This document shows positions 1 through 12,986 of a stretch of DNA of 64,000 nucleotides, one piece after another. The stretch is from NCBI GenBank assembly GCA_002269645.1, contig NIVC01000942.1:62001-126000 (forward strand), read 5' to 3'. Below the pieces are notes generated by a model, which was not told the origin of the DNA, did not search any database, and was given only the letters and a program-made list of their open reading frames with translations. Made by a program: the position numbers and the translations under genes. The DNA comes from Macrostomum lignano. Its lineage: Eukaryota. Every line of letters starts with the position of its first letter. Positions within the stretch are counted from its first letter, which is position 1.

Positions 1-445
1 ATATTAGTAGATAGATGCGGATATTAGTAGATAGATACAGATATTAGTAGATAGATGCGGATATTAGTAGATAGATACGGATATTAGTAGATAGATACGG
101 AACGGATAGTAATAGATAGATGCGGATATTAGTAGATAGATGCGGATATTAGCAGATAGATGCGGATATTAGTAGATAGATGCGGATATTAGTAGATAGA
201 TGCGGATATTAGCAGATAGATGCGGATATTAGCAGATAGATGCGGATATTAGTAGATGGATACAGATATTAATGGATAGATGCAGATATTGGTAGATACA
301 TACGGATATTAGTAGATAGATGTGGATATTAGTAGATAGATGCCGATATTAGTAGACAGATACGGATAGTAATGGATAGATGCGGATATTAGTAGATAGA
401 TGCGGATATTAGTAGATACATACGGATATTAGTAAATAGATACGG
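1..445. repeat. 20-bp tandem minisatellite (GCGGATATTAGTAGATAGAT), probably inside an AMDHD2 intron
   Basis: Unit visibly repeated about 20 times from the window start, with variants, ending shortly before the acceptor at 500-501. Confidence 0.9.
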
Positions 446-501
446 ATACGCTTATAGATGGTTCTGTTCCAGAGGTCTGATTGCGCCTCCATTCTTGCTA
501 G

Positions 502-879
502 GTGAACGGCGGCCTTGGCCACGACTTCTCCGTCATCGCCAGCGACGCTGATTTCCGCCAATCCGTGGACGCCGTGGCTCGCGACCTCGTCAGGCGCGGC
601 GTCACCGCCTTCTGCCCGACCCTCATCAGCTGCGATTCGTCCATCTACCGCCGGCTGCTTTCGCCGGTGCCGCCTCCCCAGCTGAAGACGCCCGGCTCGC
701 CAGAGGTAGCCGCAGTGCTCGGCCTGCACCTGGAGGGGCCCTTCATCAGCGCCGACAAGTGCGGCATGCATCCCAAGCGGTGCACCAAGCAGGACTGCCG
801 GGCCGGCTTGGCCGACCTATGCAGCGTCTACGGGACTGAGGACTTCAGGTATGCGGGCTTGCGGGCCTGTCTGCTTGCC

Positions 880-926
<47 letters not shown>

Positions 927-933
927 GTCTGTG

Positions 934-970
<37 letters not shown>

Positions 971-973
971 GCC

Positions 974-1014
<41 letters not shown>

Positions 1015-1743
1015 GCCTGTCTGTCTGTCTGCCTGTCTGTCTGTCTGTCTGTCTCAAAGGCTCGAGCTCACTACCGCAGCCAGGTTGCCATCGTCACGCT
1101 GGCCCCCGAGCTGCCCGGCGCCTTAGACGCAGTCCGTGGCCTCCACAACCTTGGCGTCTGCGTTAGCCTTGGCCACTCGGTGGCCTCTCTGGAAGTTGGC
1201 GAAGCCGCGGTGGCCGCCGGGGCCAGGATGCTGACGCACCTGTTCAGCGCCATGGGCCCCTTCCACCACCGACAGCCGCACCTGCCCGGCCTGCTGGTCA
1301 GCGAGGCCGCCCGCCAGCCCGTGTACTACGGCCTCATCGCCGACTGCGACCACACCCACCCGGCCGCGCTACGCCTCGCCTGGCGATCCAGCTTCCCGGG
1401 CCTCATCCTGGTTAGCGACGCCTGCCCGGCGCGCGGCCTTCCCGACGGCCGGCACTCCTTCGGCGGCGTTGACGTCGACGTCGCTGGTGGCCTCTGTCGG
1501 CTGGCCGGCTTGGACACCTTGGCCGGCAGCATGGTGACACTGGCCGACTGCGTCCAGCGGATGCACCTATCCGGCGTCTGCCCGCCCGAGCGGACTCTCG
1601 AGGCGGCCTCGCTTCACCCGGCCGACATGCTGGGCCTGCGGGACCGCGGCCGCATCGAGCCGGGCGCTCTGGCCGACTTTGTGCTGCTTGACTCCGACCT
1701 GCGGCTGTTGCGCACCTTTGTGCGCGGCCTGTCCGTTGAGTAA
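502..1743 (+). CDS. AMDHD2: N-acetylglucosamine-6-phosphate deacetylase, last two exons: join(502..848,1080..1743); 5' exons lie outside the window
   Basis: NagA/amidohydrolase motifs: (Q)VNGGLGHDFS, GVTAFCPTLIS, LGLHLEGPFIS, IVTLAPE, VSLGHS, LTHLFSAM, YGLIADCDHTHP, LILVSDA, TLAGS, ASLHPA, GRIEPGALADFV. AG at 500-501. GT at 849-850 and AG at 1078-1079 give a phase-2 splice that removes the CLSV repeat run. Confidence 0.9.
869..1054. repeat. (CTGT)n microsatellite inside a 231-nt AMDHD2 intron
   Basis: Direct reading of the sequence; it produces the CLSV/TDRQ ORFs in the track. Confidence 0.95.
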
Positions 1744-1809
1744 TGAGCAGACTAGGTTAACAGATGCGACCTTGGCTGACCCGGTTGCCACCCTGGTTTC
1801 TAGTTTCAT

Positions 1810-2135
1810 GATGACCTTAGCAGACCCTTTTTCAACTGGCTTGACCTTAGCTGACCCCTGTTTAACTGGCTTGACCTTAGCTGACCCATGTTTTAACTGG
1901 CTTGACCTTATCTGACCCCTGTTATAACTGGCTTGACCTTAGCTGACCCATGTTTTAACTGGCTTGACCTTATCTGACCCCTGTTAACTGGCTTGACCTT
2001 AGCTGACCCCTGTTTTAACTGGCTTGACCTTATCTGACCCCTGTTTTAACTGGCTTGACCTTATCTGACCCCTGTTTTAACTGGCTGACCTTAGCTGACC
2101 CCTGTTTTAATTGGCTTGACCTTAGCTGACCCCTG
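1810..2135. repeat. ~31-bp tandem minisatellite (TTAACTGGCTTGACCTTAGCTGACCCCTGTT)
   Basis: About 10 visible copies 3' of the AMDHD2 stop. Confidence 0.85.
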
Positions 2136-3015
2136 ATTAAACTCGCGTAAAATTTGGTGATCCTATTAAAACTGCCGTAACCTTGATTGACCCCGCTTTT
2201 TTATTTGACCTTTAGAATCAGACCTGATCTACATGTATTCATTCCACAGTGCAACTGCAGCATTAGTACTCGTATATTGCGATTCAGCAAGTGCTAATCA
2301 GACTTGCTTAGAATAATCTTTTATTTGCGAAATTTCAGAGCTTCATGTTCGCGAAATGAGAATTTTTGTGCCTTAAATTTGTTTAGCTATCAATCACTGA
2401 GTTGTCATTATTTCTGTAAGTACATTCGTATTCATTTTCATTAACTCTTTCAGATTAGTAAAAGAGTAAGTATTAATAGACACTATTCATAATTCTAGAA
2501 ATTGTTTTCAGATTTAGGTGCAAAATGCTTTGGACTGGGAGATATTAGCCAGCTTATTTGAGTCTTTATACCTTGAGCGCAATAATAAATACACCGTCAT
2601 TTCTTTGTAACTCCCAGCGAGTTGCCCAGTTTTGACCATAGAGCATGTGCAGACCAGCAGTTCTTGTCCTTTATTCCTGATTCTAAAACCGTGATTTACT
2701 TCTCGGTCTTATTGGCACTCAAAATGATTGCATTGTGCGATTTGCGTGTGAGGTTGAGTTGTGCCTTGAGTCCGTGCCACTAAACTCTGCCGCTGACAGA
2801 GCGTTCTGGGCTGCCACCAATGTAAGAGCTGCGAATTTACGGTAACTCCTAAAGGTCAGAGGTTAAAGTGCACAGAGAGCACGTGATCAAACAGGTGGAA
2901 TACGATAGCAAATACAAGCTCAAAGGCGCAACTCAACCTGACATGAGAACCTCACAGCACTACTCGTGAGTAGGCACTCAAGCTTATGCATAAACCGTCC
3001 CCGCAGCCGGCAGCC

Positions 3016-5712
3016 ATGCCCGACCCCGTCGCCGCCGACCAGCAGAGCGCCCTTTCCAGCTGGCTGAACTCCGTGGCCCCGGAGCGAATCTTCTGCGGTG
3101 TCCTTGGCTTCTTCTGGCTCACCTACCTGTGGGAGAACTACCTGGCCTGGCGGCAGTACAAACTCATGCGCGACTCGCCTCAGCTGCCCGAGGCCGCCCG
3201 GCAGCTTACGGACGACCAGACCTACGCCAAGGCCCGGGCCTACAGCATCGACAAGAGCCGGTACAGTGCTGTCCGCGGCCTCTGGTCGCAGCTCCTGTTC
3301 ACCTTCATCCTGCTAGCCGAGCTCATGCCCCGCCTGTGGGCCGTGGCCGGCCGCCATCTGGACAGCCTGGCCGGGCCTGATGCCAGCCGCGGCCAGCTGC
3401 CGCAGTCGATGGTGTTCCTGGTGTACGTCATGCTGCTGTCCTTCCTAATCGACCTGCCCTGGTCGGTGTACAAGAACTTCGTGCTGGAGGCCAGGCACGG
3501 CTTCAACAAGCAGACACCGGGTTTCTACGCCAAGGACCAGCTTAAGAGCCTGCTGCTGAGCATGGCCATCGGCCTGCCGATCGCCGCCGCCCTGCTCTGG
3601 CTGATCGAGCGTGGCGGGCCGTACTTCTACGTGTACGCCTGGCTTCTGGCCTCCGTTGTGATTTTCGTTCTCATGCTGGTGTACCCCAGCTTCATTGCGC
3701 CCCTGTTTGACACGTACGAGCCGCTGCGCGAGGGCCAGCTGAAGCAGCGCATTGAAGATCTGGCTAAGCGGCTGGAGTTCCCGCTGACCCAGCTGCTGGT
3801 GAGACGGTTGGGCGAATGCGGTTAACTGAGAACACTCAATTGCATGGAGTGGGGTTAGAGCTCGGGTGTGGGTGACAGGCGGGTGCGAGGCTTGGGTGGA
3901 TGACATTGGCTTGAGGTAGGTGAGAGTAGCTTGGGGTGGGTGACAGTGGCTTGTGATGGGTGACAGCGGCTTGGGGTTGGTGACAGCGGCTTGGAGTGGG
4001 TGAGAGTGCCTTGGGGTGGGTGAGAGTAGCTTGGGGAGTGTGAGAGTGGCTTGGGTGGGTAAGAGTAGGTTGGGGTGGGTAAGAGTAGGTTGGGGAGGGT
4101 AAGAGTAGGTTGGGGTGGGTAAGAGTAGGTTGGGGAGGGTAAGAGTAGGTTGGGGTGGGTAAGAGTAGGTTGGGGTGGGTAAGAGTAGGTTGGGGTGGGT
4201 AAGAGTAGGTTGGGGTGGGTAAGAGTAGGTTGGGGTGGGTAAGAGTAGGTTGGGGTGGGTGAGAGTAGGTTGGGTGGGTAAGAGTAGGGTGGGGTGGGTG
4301 AGAGTGAATGAGAGCCGCCGGCTGGGTGAGAGGCCGTCAGCCGGCGAGGAGTTCACTCAGAATCGCCGGCACCTCCCCGCAGGTGATCGAGGGTTCGCGC
4401 CGCTCGGCCCATAGCAACGCCTACTTATTCGGGCTGTGGCGCAGCAAGCGCATTGTGCTGTTCGACACCCTAATCGAAGGCTACCAGATGCAGTCGGTGA
4501 AGGAAAAGGAGGAGAAGGAGCGGGAAAAACGGGAGAAGGAGAAGGCCGCCGAAGGCCAGGGTGAGAAAAGCGACGAGGCGAAAGCGGAACCGGATTCTGC
4601 AGCCGGCGAGGAAAATGAAAAGGAGGCCAAGAAGGGCTGCAACGATGATGAGATTCTGGCCGTGCTGGGTCACGAGCTGGGCCACTGGTCTCTGGGCCAC
4701 AACGTGTCCAACATTTTCATCAGCGAGGTCAACCTGTTCCTCATGTTCTTCGCCTTCGGCCAGCTCCTTAACTGCCACTCTGCGTTCGCCGCCTTCGGCT
4801 TCCAGCAGCCGGCGCCGCTGCTGCTCCGGCTGGCCTTCGTGCTGGAGTTCCTGCTGTCGCCATACAATGAGCTGCTCGGCTTCGCCATGATCTGCCTCAC
4901 CCGCCTGTTCGAGTTCCAGGTGCGCTCGCCGCTGCTCAACCTCTTGCTCTCTATCCCCCATCCTCCCTCTCCCTCTCCCTCTCCTCCCTCTCCCTCTTCT
5001 CCCTCTCCCTCTCCTCCCTCTCCCTCTCCCTCTCCTCCCTCTCCCTCTTCTCCCTCTCTAGTCTCCCTCTCCCTCTTCTCCCTCTCCCTCTTCTCCCTCT
5101 CCCTCTTCTCCCTCTCCCCCTCCCTCTTCTCCCTCTCCAGTCTCCCTCTCCCTCTTCTCCCTCTCCCTCTTCTCCCTATCCCTCTTCTCCCTCTCCCCCT
5201 CCCTCTTCTCCCTCTCCAGTCTCCCTCTCCCTCTTCTCCCTCTCCCTCTTCTCCCTCTCCCTCTTCTCCCTCTCCCCCTCCCTCTTCTCCCTCTCCAGTC
5301 TCCCTCTCCCTCTTCTCCCTCTCCCTCTTCTCCCTCTCCCCTCCCTCTTCTCCCTCTCCAGTCTCCCTCTCCCTCTTCTCCCTCTCCCCTCCCTTTTCTC
5401 CCTGTCTCTCTCCTCCCTCTCACCACTGTACCTCTTCTTCATCTCCTCAGCTTTTACTACTAGCAGTAGCCATTCATATAATTGCTTATAAAATTTCATT
5501 CTTTTTTTCAAACTTAGGCCGACCGATTCTCAGTGAGGCTGGGCTTTGGCCAGCAGCTGAAGACGGCGCTAATTAAACTGCACACGGACAACCTGTCCTA
5601 CCCGCTGTTTGACCCGCTGTACAGCGCTTTCAATCACTCGCACCCCACTGTGCTGCACCGGCTGGCCGCTATTGATCAGGCCGAGGCCGAGGACGAGGCC
5701 AAGACTAAATAG
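3016..5712 (+). CDS. ZMPSTE24: CAAX prenyl protease 1 (peptidase M48): join(3016..3798,4383..4919,5518..5712); alternative start at 2986
   Basis: WENYLAWRQY, KARAYSIDKSRY, FVLEARHGFNKQTPGFYAKDQLK, FIAPLFDTYEPL, PLTQLL|VIEGSRRSAHSNAYLFG, KRIVLFDTL, HELGH zinc motif, RLFEFQ|ADRFS, LIKLHTDNLSYP..DPLYSAFNHSHP..LHRL. Both introns are GT-AG and phase 0. Exon 3 is not in the ORF track and was translated by hand. Confidence 0.93.
3870..4310. repeat. G-rich ~20-bp minisatellite (AAGAGTAGGTTGGGGTGGGT) in ZMPSTE24 intron 1
   Basis: Direct tandem units with G3/G4 runs. Confidence 0.85.
4960..5420. repeat. Polypyrimidine (CT-rich) minisatellite in ZMPSTE24 intron 2; related tracts at ~7752-8330 and ~10643-11220
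   Basis: CCCTCTTCTCCCTCT-type units that are almost purely pyrimidine on the + strand. Confidence 0.9.
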
Positions 5713-8410
5713 GGGGAGTCTCAGTGCCGTTTCTTGGATTTCATTCCGTAGGGAGGCCGTCTGTAGCCATACTTTATATAGATTCTTTAACTGCCCTCTG
5801 CCGACACTTATAGGTGTGCCTGAAACTGCTTAGCACAGGGATGGAGATTGGATGAAATCAGAGAGTGAAATAGATGAGTGGAAGTGAGATTAGAGAGTGG
5901 GATAGATAAGAGATGAGATTAGAGAGAGTTAGATAAGAGGAGATGAGATTAGAGGGCGAGATAGATAATAGGCGAGATATGAGACTGTGATAGATAAGAG
6001 AAGGTGAGATTAGAGGGTGAGATAGATAATAGGCGAGAGATTAGAAACTGGGATAGATAAGAGTAGGTAAGATTAGAGAAAGAGATAGATAGTGATTGTG
6101 TAATCAGAGTGTTTGCTGGGATTAAAGAGTTCGATGAGACATAAAATATGAGATTAGCGAAACTAGATAAGAGAAAAGAGAAGTGAGATCACTTTTTAGA
6201 CACTTCGTATATATGGATAAGAAAATGGATTCAGCACAGCTCTATTTATATGATTGATATCAAAATATGTTCATTTCTGTCATGTATCCGCTGTCCTTTG
6301 TTAGCTCGATAATTGCTAAATTTGCTCCGAGTTTTTCGGATGTAATTTTTCATAGCCTGCTGTATGACTTTTCAAATATTTATTCTGAGTTAGGCAAGCA
6401 GTGAGGGCCAGGGACCGGAGCATCCAAGCATTAATTTTGTTTAATTTCATTCGATAATACTTGATTACAGCGCTACTTCTAGTAGTGCATTAAAAACACA
6501 AAGTCTGCTTTATTAAGCTTTTATTTTATTTTCTGTCTTTAAGGCTAAAATAAATCAAATAATATTTGTAGCTGTCAACCCCGTGCGCTGCGATTCGCTC
6601 AAGTTCTTTGCAGTCTGCTAAAGGCAAAACAATATATACTTTACAGTTGTGTACTCCTGCGGCTGCGTGCCAAACTTTGGTTTGTCAGTCTGACATCATC
6701 TGGCTTGAACTAGTGTAGCTCTGATCAATATAATTCAATAAATTTATGCGGCCAAAGCTTCCGCTTCATTTGGTTAAGGGCGAGTTGGCCTGTGGGGCAA
6801 AAAATCGTGCTATTTTCATTCTGGCTTCATTTTTTGATGAATAAAATGTCCATCAGAAATGAAGTCCAGCAAAGGAGGTTACAGACAGTCCGGCACAGGA
6901 TGTGACAAGCATTCCGGCACAGGTCACAGACATTCCAGTGCAGGAAGTCACAGACAGTCCAGCGCAGGAGGTCACAGACAGTCCGGCGCAGGAGGTCACA
7001 GACATTCCGGCACAGGAGGTGACAGACAGTCCAGCGCAGGAGGTCACAGGCAGTCCGGCGCAGGAGGTCACAGACATTCCGGCACAGGAGGTGACAGACA
7101 GTCCAGCCCAGGTGACAGACAGTCCAGGACAGGAGGCCGCAGACAGTCCAGCACGGGAGGTGACAGACAGTCTAGCACAGGAGGCCACAGACAGTCAAGC
7201 ACAGCCCGGTGTAAAATGGTTAGCATGGTTGTGACACTCGAGGACACTCGCACTGTTACACCCTTCCAAAAATGACACTAAACGACACTTATCTCTACTG
7301 TCGCCGGCACGACACTGACGTGCGACACTGCCCTAAGACATTGGCCTGGATTGTCGCCGGCACGACACTGACATGCGACACTGCCCTACGACACTGACAT
7401 GCGACACTGCCCTACGACACTGGCCTGGACTGTCGCCGGCACGACACTGACATGCGACACTGCCCTAAGACATTGGCCTGGACTGTCGCCGGCACGACAC
7501 TGACATGCGACACTGCCCTACAACACTGGCCTGGACTGTCGCCGGCACGACACTGACATGCGACACTGCCCTAAGACACTCATCTGACACTCATCCGACA
7601 CTCATGTGACACTCATCCGACACTCATCTGACACTCATCCGACACTCATGTGACACAGAGGTTAAAGTACACAGAGAGCACGTGACCAAACAGGTGGAAT
7701 ACGATAGCAAATACAAGCTCGAAGGCGCAACTCAACCTGATATGAGAACCTTCTCCCTCTCCAGTCTCCCTCTCCCCTCTTCTCCCTCTCCCTCTTCTCC
7801 CTCTCCCTCTTCTCCCTCTCCAGTCTCCGTCTCCCTCTTCTCCGTCTCCCTCTTCTCCCTCTCCCCCTCCCTCTTCTCCCTCTCCAGTCTCCCTCTCCCT
7901 CTTCTCCCTCTCCCCCTCCCTCTTCTCCGTCTCCCTCTTCTCCGTCTCCCTCTTCTCCCTCTCCCCCTCCCTCTTCTCCCTCTCCAGTCTCCCTCTCCCT
8001 CTTCTACCTCTCCCCCTCCCTCTTCTCCCTCTCCAGTCTCCCTCTCCCCTCTTCTCCCTCTCCCTCTTCTCCCTCTCCAGTCTCCCTCTCCCCTCTTCTC
8101 CCTCTCCCTCTTCTCCCTCTCCCCCTCCCTCTTCTCCTTCTCCAGTCTCCCTCTCCCCTCTTCTCCCTCTCCCTCTTCTCCCTCTCCCCCTCCCTCTTCT
8201 CCCTCTCCCCCTCCCTCTTCTCCCTCTCCCTTTTCTCCCTTCTCCACCTCCTTCCCTCTCTCCTTCTTTCCTCTCCTTCCCTTTCCCTTTTCTCCCTGTC
8301 TCTCTCCTCCCTCTCACCACTGTACCTCTTCTTCATCTCCTCAGCTTTTACTACTAGCAGTAGCGATTCATATAATTGCTTATAAAATTTCATTCTTTTT
8401 TCAAACTTAG

Positions 8411-8603
8411 GCCGACCGATTCTCAGTGAGGCTGGGCTTCGGCCAGCAGCTGAAGACGGCGCTAATTAAACTGCACACGGACAACCTGTCCTACCCGCTG
8501 TTTGACCCGCTGTACAGTGCGTTCAATCACTCGCACCCCAGTGCTGCACCGGCTGGCCGCTATTGATCAGGCCGAGGCCGAGGACGAGGCCAAGACTAAA
8601 TAG
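8411..8603 (+). pseudogene. Orphan copy of ZMPSTE24 exon 3 with a 2-bp deletion
   Basis: Matches 5518-5712, but CACCCCACTGTG reads CACCCCAGTG (frameshift). Exons 1-2 are absent from this copy. Confidence 0.88.
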
Positions 8604-11301
8604 GCGGAGTCTCAGTGCCGTTTCTTGGATTTCATTCCGTAGGGAGGCCGTCTGTAGCCATACTTTATATAGATTCTTTAACTGCCCTCTGCCGACACTT
8701 ATAGGTGTGCCTGAAACTGCTTAGCACAGGGATGGAGATTGGATGAAATCAGAGAGTGAAATAGATGAGTGGAAGTGAGATTAGAGAGTGGGATAGATAA
8801 GAGATGAGATTAGAGAGAGTTAGATAAGAGGAGATGAGATTAGAGGGCGAGATAGATAATAGGCGAGATATGAGACTGTGATAGATAAGAGAAGGTGAGA
8901 TTAGAGGGTGAGATAGATAATAGGCGAGAGATTAGAAACTGGGATAGATAAGAGTAGGTAAGATTAGAGAAAGAGATAGATAGTGATTGTGTAATCAGAG
9001 TGTTTGCTGGGATTAAAGAGTTCGATGAGACATAAAATATGAGATTAGCGAAACTAGATAAGAGAAAAGAGAAGTGAGATCACTTTTTAGACACTTCGTA
9101 TATATGGATAAGAAAATGGATTCAGCACAGCTCTATTTATATGATTGATATCAAAATATGTTCATTTCTGTCATGTATCCGCTGTCCTTTGTTAGCTCGA
9201 TAATTGCTAAATTTGCTCCGAGTTTTTCGGATGTAATTTTTCATAGCCTGCTGTATGACTTTTCAAATATTTATTCTGAGTTAGGCAAGCAGTGAGGGCC
9301 AGGGACCGGAGCATCCAAGCATTAATTTTGTTTAATTTCATTCGATAATACTTGATTACAGCGCTACTTCTAGTAGTGCATTAAAAACACAAAGTCTGCT
9401 TTATTAAGCTTTTATTTTATTTTCTGTCTTTAAGGCTAAAATAAATCAAATAATATTTGTAGCTGTCAACCCCGTGCGCTGCGATTCGCTCAAGTTCTTT
9501 GCAGTCTGCTAAAGGCAAAACAATATATACTTTACAGTTGTGTACTCCTGCGGCTGCGTGCCAAACTTTGGTTTGTCAGTCTGACATCATCTGGCTTGAA
9601 CTAGTGTAGCTCTGATCAATATAATTCAATAAATTTATGCGGCCAAAGCTTCCGCTTCATTTGGTTAAGGGCGAGTTGGCCTGTGGGGCAAAAAATCGTG
9701 CTATTTTCATTCTGGCTTCATTTTTTGATGAATAAAATGTCCATCAGAAATGAAGTCCAGCAAAGGAGGTTACAGACAGTCCGGCACAGGATGTGACAAG
9801 CATTCCGGCACAGGTCACAGACATTCCAGTGCAGGAAGTCACAGACAGTCCAGCGCAGGAGGTCACAGACAGTCCGGCGCAGGAGGTCACAGACATTCCG
9901 GCACAGGAGGTGACAGACAGTCCAGCGCAGGAGGTCACAGGCAGTCCGGCGCAGGAGGTCACAGACATTCCGGCACAGGAGGTGACAGACAGTCCAGCCC
10001 AGGTGACAGACAGTCCAGGACAGGAGGCCGCAGACAGTCCAGCACGGGAGGTGACAGACAGTCTAGCACAGGAGGCCACAGACAGTCAAGCACAGCCCGG
10101 TGTAAAATGGTTAGCATGGTTGTGACACTCGAGGACACTCGCACTGTTACACCCTTCCAAAAATGACACTAAACGACACTTATCTCTACTGTCGCCGGCA
10201 CGACACTGACGTGCGACACTGCCCTAAGACATTGGCCTGGATTGTCGCCGGCACGACACTGACATGCGACACTGCCCTACGACACTGACATGCGACACTG
10301 CCCTACGACACTGGCCTGGACTGTCGCCGGCACGACACTGACATGCGACACTGCCCTAAGACATTGGCCTGGACTGTCGCCGGCACGACACTGACATGCG
10401 ACACTGCCCTACAACACTGGCCTGGACTGTCGCCGGCACGACACTGACATGCGACACTGCCCTAAGACACTCATCTGACACTCATCCGACACTCATGTGA
10501 CACTCATCCGACACTCATCTGACACTCATCCGACACTCATGTGACACAGAGGTTAAAGTACACAGAGAGCACGTGACCAAACAGGTGGAATACGATAGCA
10601 AATACAAGCTCGAAGGCGCAACTCAACCTGATATGAGAACCTTCTCCCTCTCCAGTCTCCCTCTCCCCTCTTCTCCCTCTCCCTCTTCTCCCTCTCCCTC
10701 TTCTCCCTCTCCAGTCTCCGTCTCCCTCTTCTCCGTCTCCCTCTTCTCCCTCTCCCCCTCCCTCTTCTCCCTCTCCAGTCTCCCTCTCCCTCTTCTCCCT
10801 CTCCCCCTCCCTCTTCTCCGTCTCCCTCTTCTCCGTCTCCCTCTTCTCCCTCTCCCCCTCCCTCTTCTCCCTCTCCAGTCTCCCTCTCCCTCTTCTACCT
10901 CTCCCCCTCCCTCTTCTCCCTCTCCAGTCTCCCTCTCCCCTCTTCTCCCTCTCCCTCTTCTCCCTCTCCAGTCTCCCTCTCCCCTCTTCTCCCTCTCCCT
11001 CTTCTCCCTCTCCCCCTCCCTCTTCTCCTTCTCCAGTCTCCCTCTCCCCTCTTCTCCCTCTCCCTCTTCTCCCTCTCCCCCTCCCTCTTCTCCCTCTCCC
11101 CCTCCCTCTTCTCCCTCTCCCTTTTCTCCCTTCTCCACCTCCTTCCCTCTCTCCTTCTTTCCTCTCCTTCCCTTTCCCTTTTCTCCCTGTCTCTCTCCTC
11201 CCTCTCACCACTGTACCTCTTCTTCATCTCCTCAGCTTTTACTACTAGCAGTAGCGATTCATATAATTGCTTATAAAATTTCATTCTTTTTTCAAACTTA
11301 G

Positions 11302-11494
11302 GCCGACCGATTCTCAGTGAGGCTGGGCTTTGGCCAGCAGCTGAAGACGGCGCTAATTAAACTGCACACGGACAACCTGTCCTACCCGCTGTTTGACCCG
11401 CTGTACAGTGCGTTCAATCACTCGCACCCCAGTGCTGCACCGGCTGGCCGCTATTGATCAGGCCGAGGCCGAGGACGAGGCCAAGACTAAATAG
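11302..11494 (+). pseudogene. Second orphan copy of ZMPSTE24 exon 3 with the same 2-bp deletion
   Basis: Same lesion as 8411-8603. Confidence 0.88.
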
Positions 11495-12986
11495 GCGGAG
11501 TCTCAGTGCCGTTTCTTGGATTTCATTCCGTAGGGAGGCCGTCTGTAGCCATACTTTATATAGATTCTTTAACTGCCCTCTGCCGACACTTATAGGTGTG
11601 CCTGAAACTGCTTAGCACAGGGATGGAGATTGGATGAAATCAGAGAGTGAAATAGATGAGTGGAAGTGAGATTAGAGAGTGGGATAGATAAGAGATGAGA
11701 TTAGAGAGAGTTAGATAAGAGGAGATGAGATTAGAGGGCGAGATAGATAATAGGCGAGATATGAGACTGTGATAGATAAGAGAAGGTGAGATTAGAGGGT
11801 GAGATAGATAATAGGCGAGAGATTAGAAACTGGGATAGATAAGAGTAGGTAAGATTAGAGAAAGAGATAGATAGTGATTGTGTAATCAGAGTGTTTGCTG
11901 GGATTAAAGAGTTCGATGAGACATAAAATATGAGATTAGCGAAACTAGATAAGAGAAAAGAGAAGTGAGATCACTTTTTAGACACTTCGTATATATGGAT
12001 AAGAAAATGGATTCAGCACAGCTCTATTTATATGATTGATATCAAAATATGTTCATTTCTGTCATGTATCCGCTGTCCTTTGTTAGCTCGATAATTGCTA
12101 AATTTGCTCCGAGTTTTTCGGATGTAATTTTTCATAGCCTGCTGTATGACTTTTCAAATATTTATTCTGAGTTAGGCAAGCAGTGAGGGCCAGGGACCGG
12201 AGCATCCAAGCATTAATTTTGTTTAATTTCATTCGATAATACTTGATTACAGCGCTACTTCTAGTAGTGCATTAAAAACACAAAGTCTGCTTTATTAAGC
12301 TTTTATTTTATTTTCTGTCTTTAAGTCTAAAATTAATCAAATAATATTTGTAGCTGTCAACCCCGTGCGCTGCGATTCGCTCAAGTTCTTTGCAGTCTGC
12401 TAAAGGCAAAACAATATATACTTTACAGTTGTGTACTCCTGCGGCTGCGTGCCAAACTTTGGTTTGTCAGTCTGACATCATCTGGCTTGAACTAGTGTAG
12501 CTCTGATCAATATAATTCAATAAATTTATGCGGCCAAAGCTTCCGCTTCATTTGGTTAAGGGCGAGTTGGCCTGTGGGGCAAAAAATCGTGCTATTTTCA
12601 TTCTGGCTTCATTTTTTGATGAATAAAATGTCCATCAGAAATGAAGTCCAGCAAAGGAGGTTACAGACAGTCCGGCACAGGATGTGACAAGCATTCCGGC
12701 ACAGGTCACAGACATTCCAGTGCAGGAAGTCACAGACAGTCCAGCGCAGGAGGTCACAGACAGTCCGGCGCAGGAGGTCACAGACATTCCGGCACAGGAG
12801 GTGACAGACAGTCCAGCGCAGGAGGTCACAGGCAGTCCGGCGCAGGAGGTCACAGACATTCCGGCACAGGAGGTGACAGACAGTCCAGCCCAGGTGACAG
12901 ACAGTCCAGGACAGGAGGCCGCAGACAGTCCAGCACGGGAGGTGACAGACAGTCTAGCACAGGAGGCCACAGACAGTCAAGCACAG

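Noticed and set aside
845-1166. ORFs of CLSV/TDRQ repeats
   Set aside because: Translations of a (CTGT)n microsatellite inside a canonical intron.
2853-2885. AGGTCA-G-AGGTTA (DR1-like) and CACGTG E-box upstream of ZMPSTE24
   Set aside because: Short motifs expected by chance; no TSS or conservation evidence is available here.
4960-11301. Pro/Ser-rich and Arg/Gly/Glu-rich ORFs (RGG- or collagen-looking)
   Set aside because: Readings of CT-rich intronic tracts on both strands; no unique sequence or codon signal.
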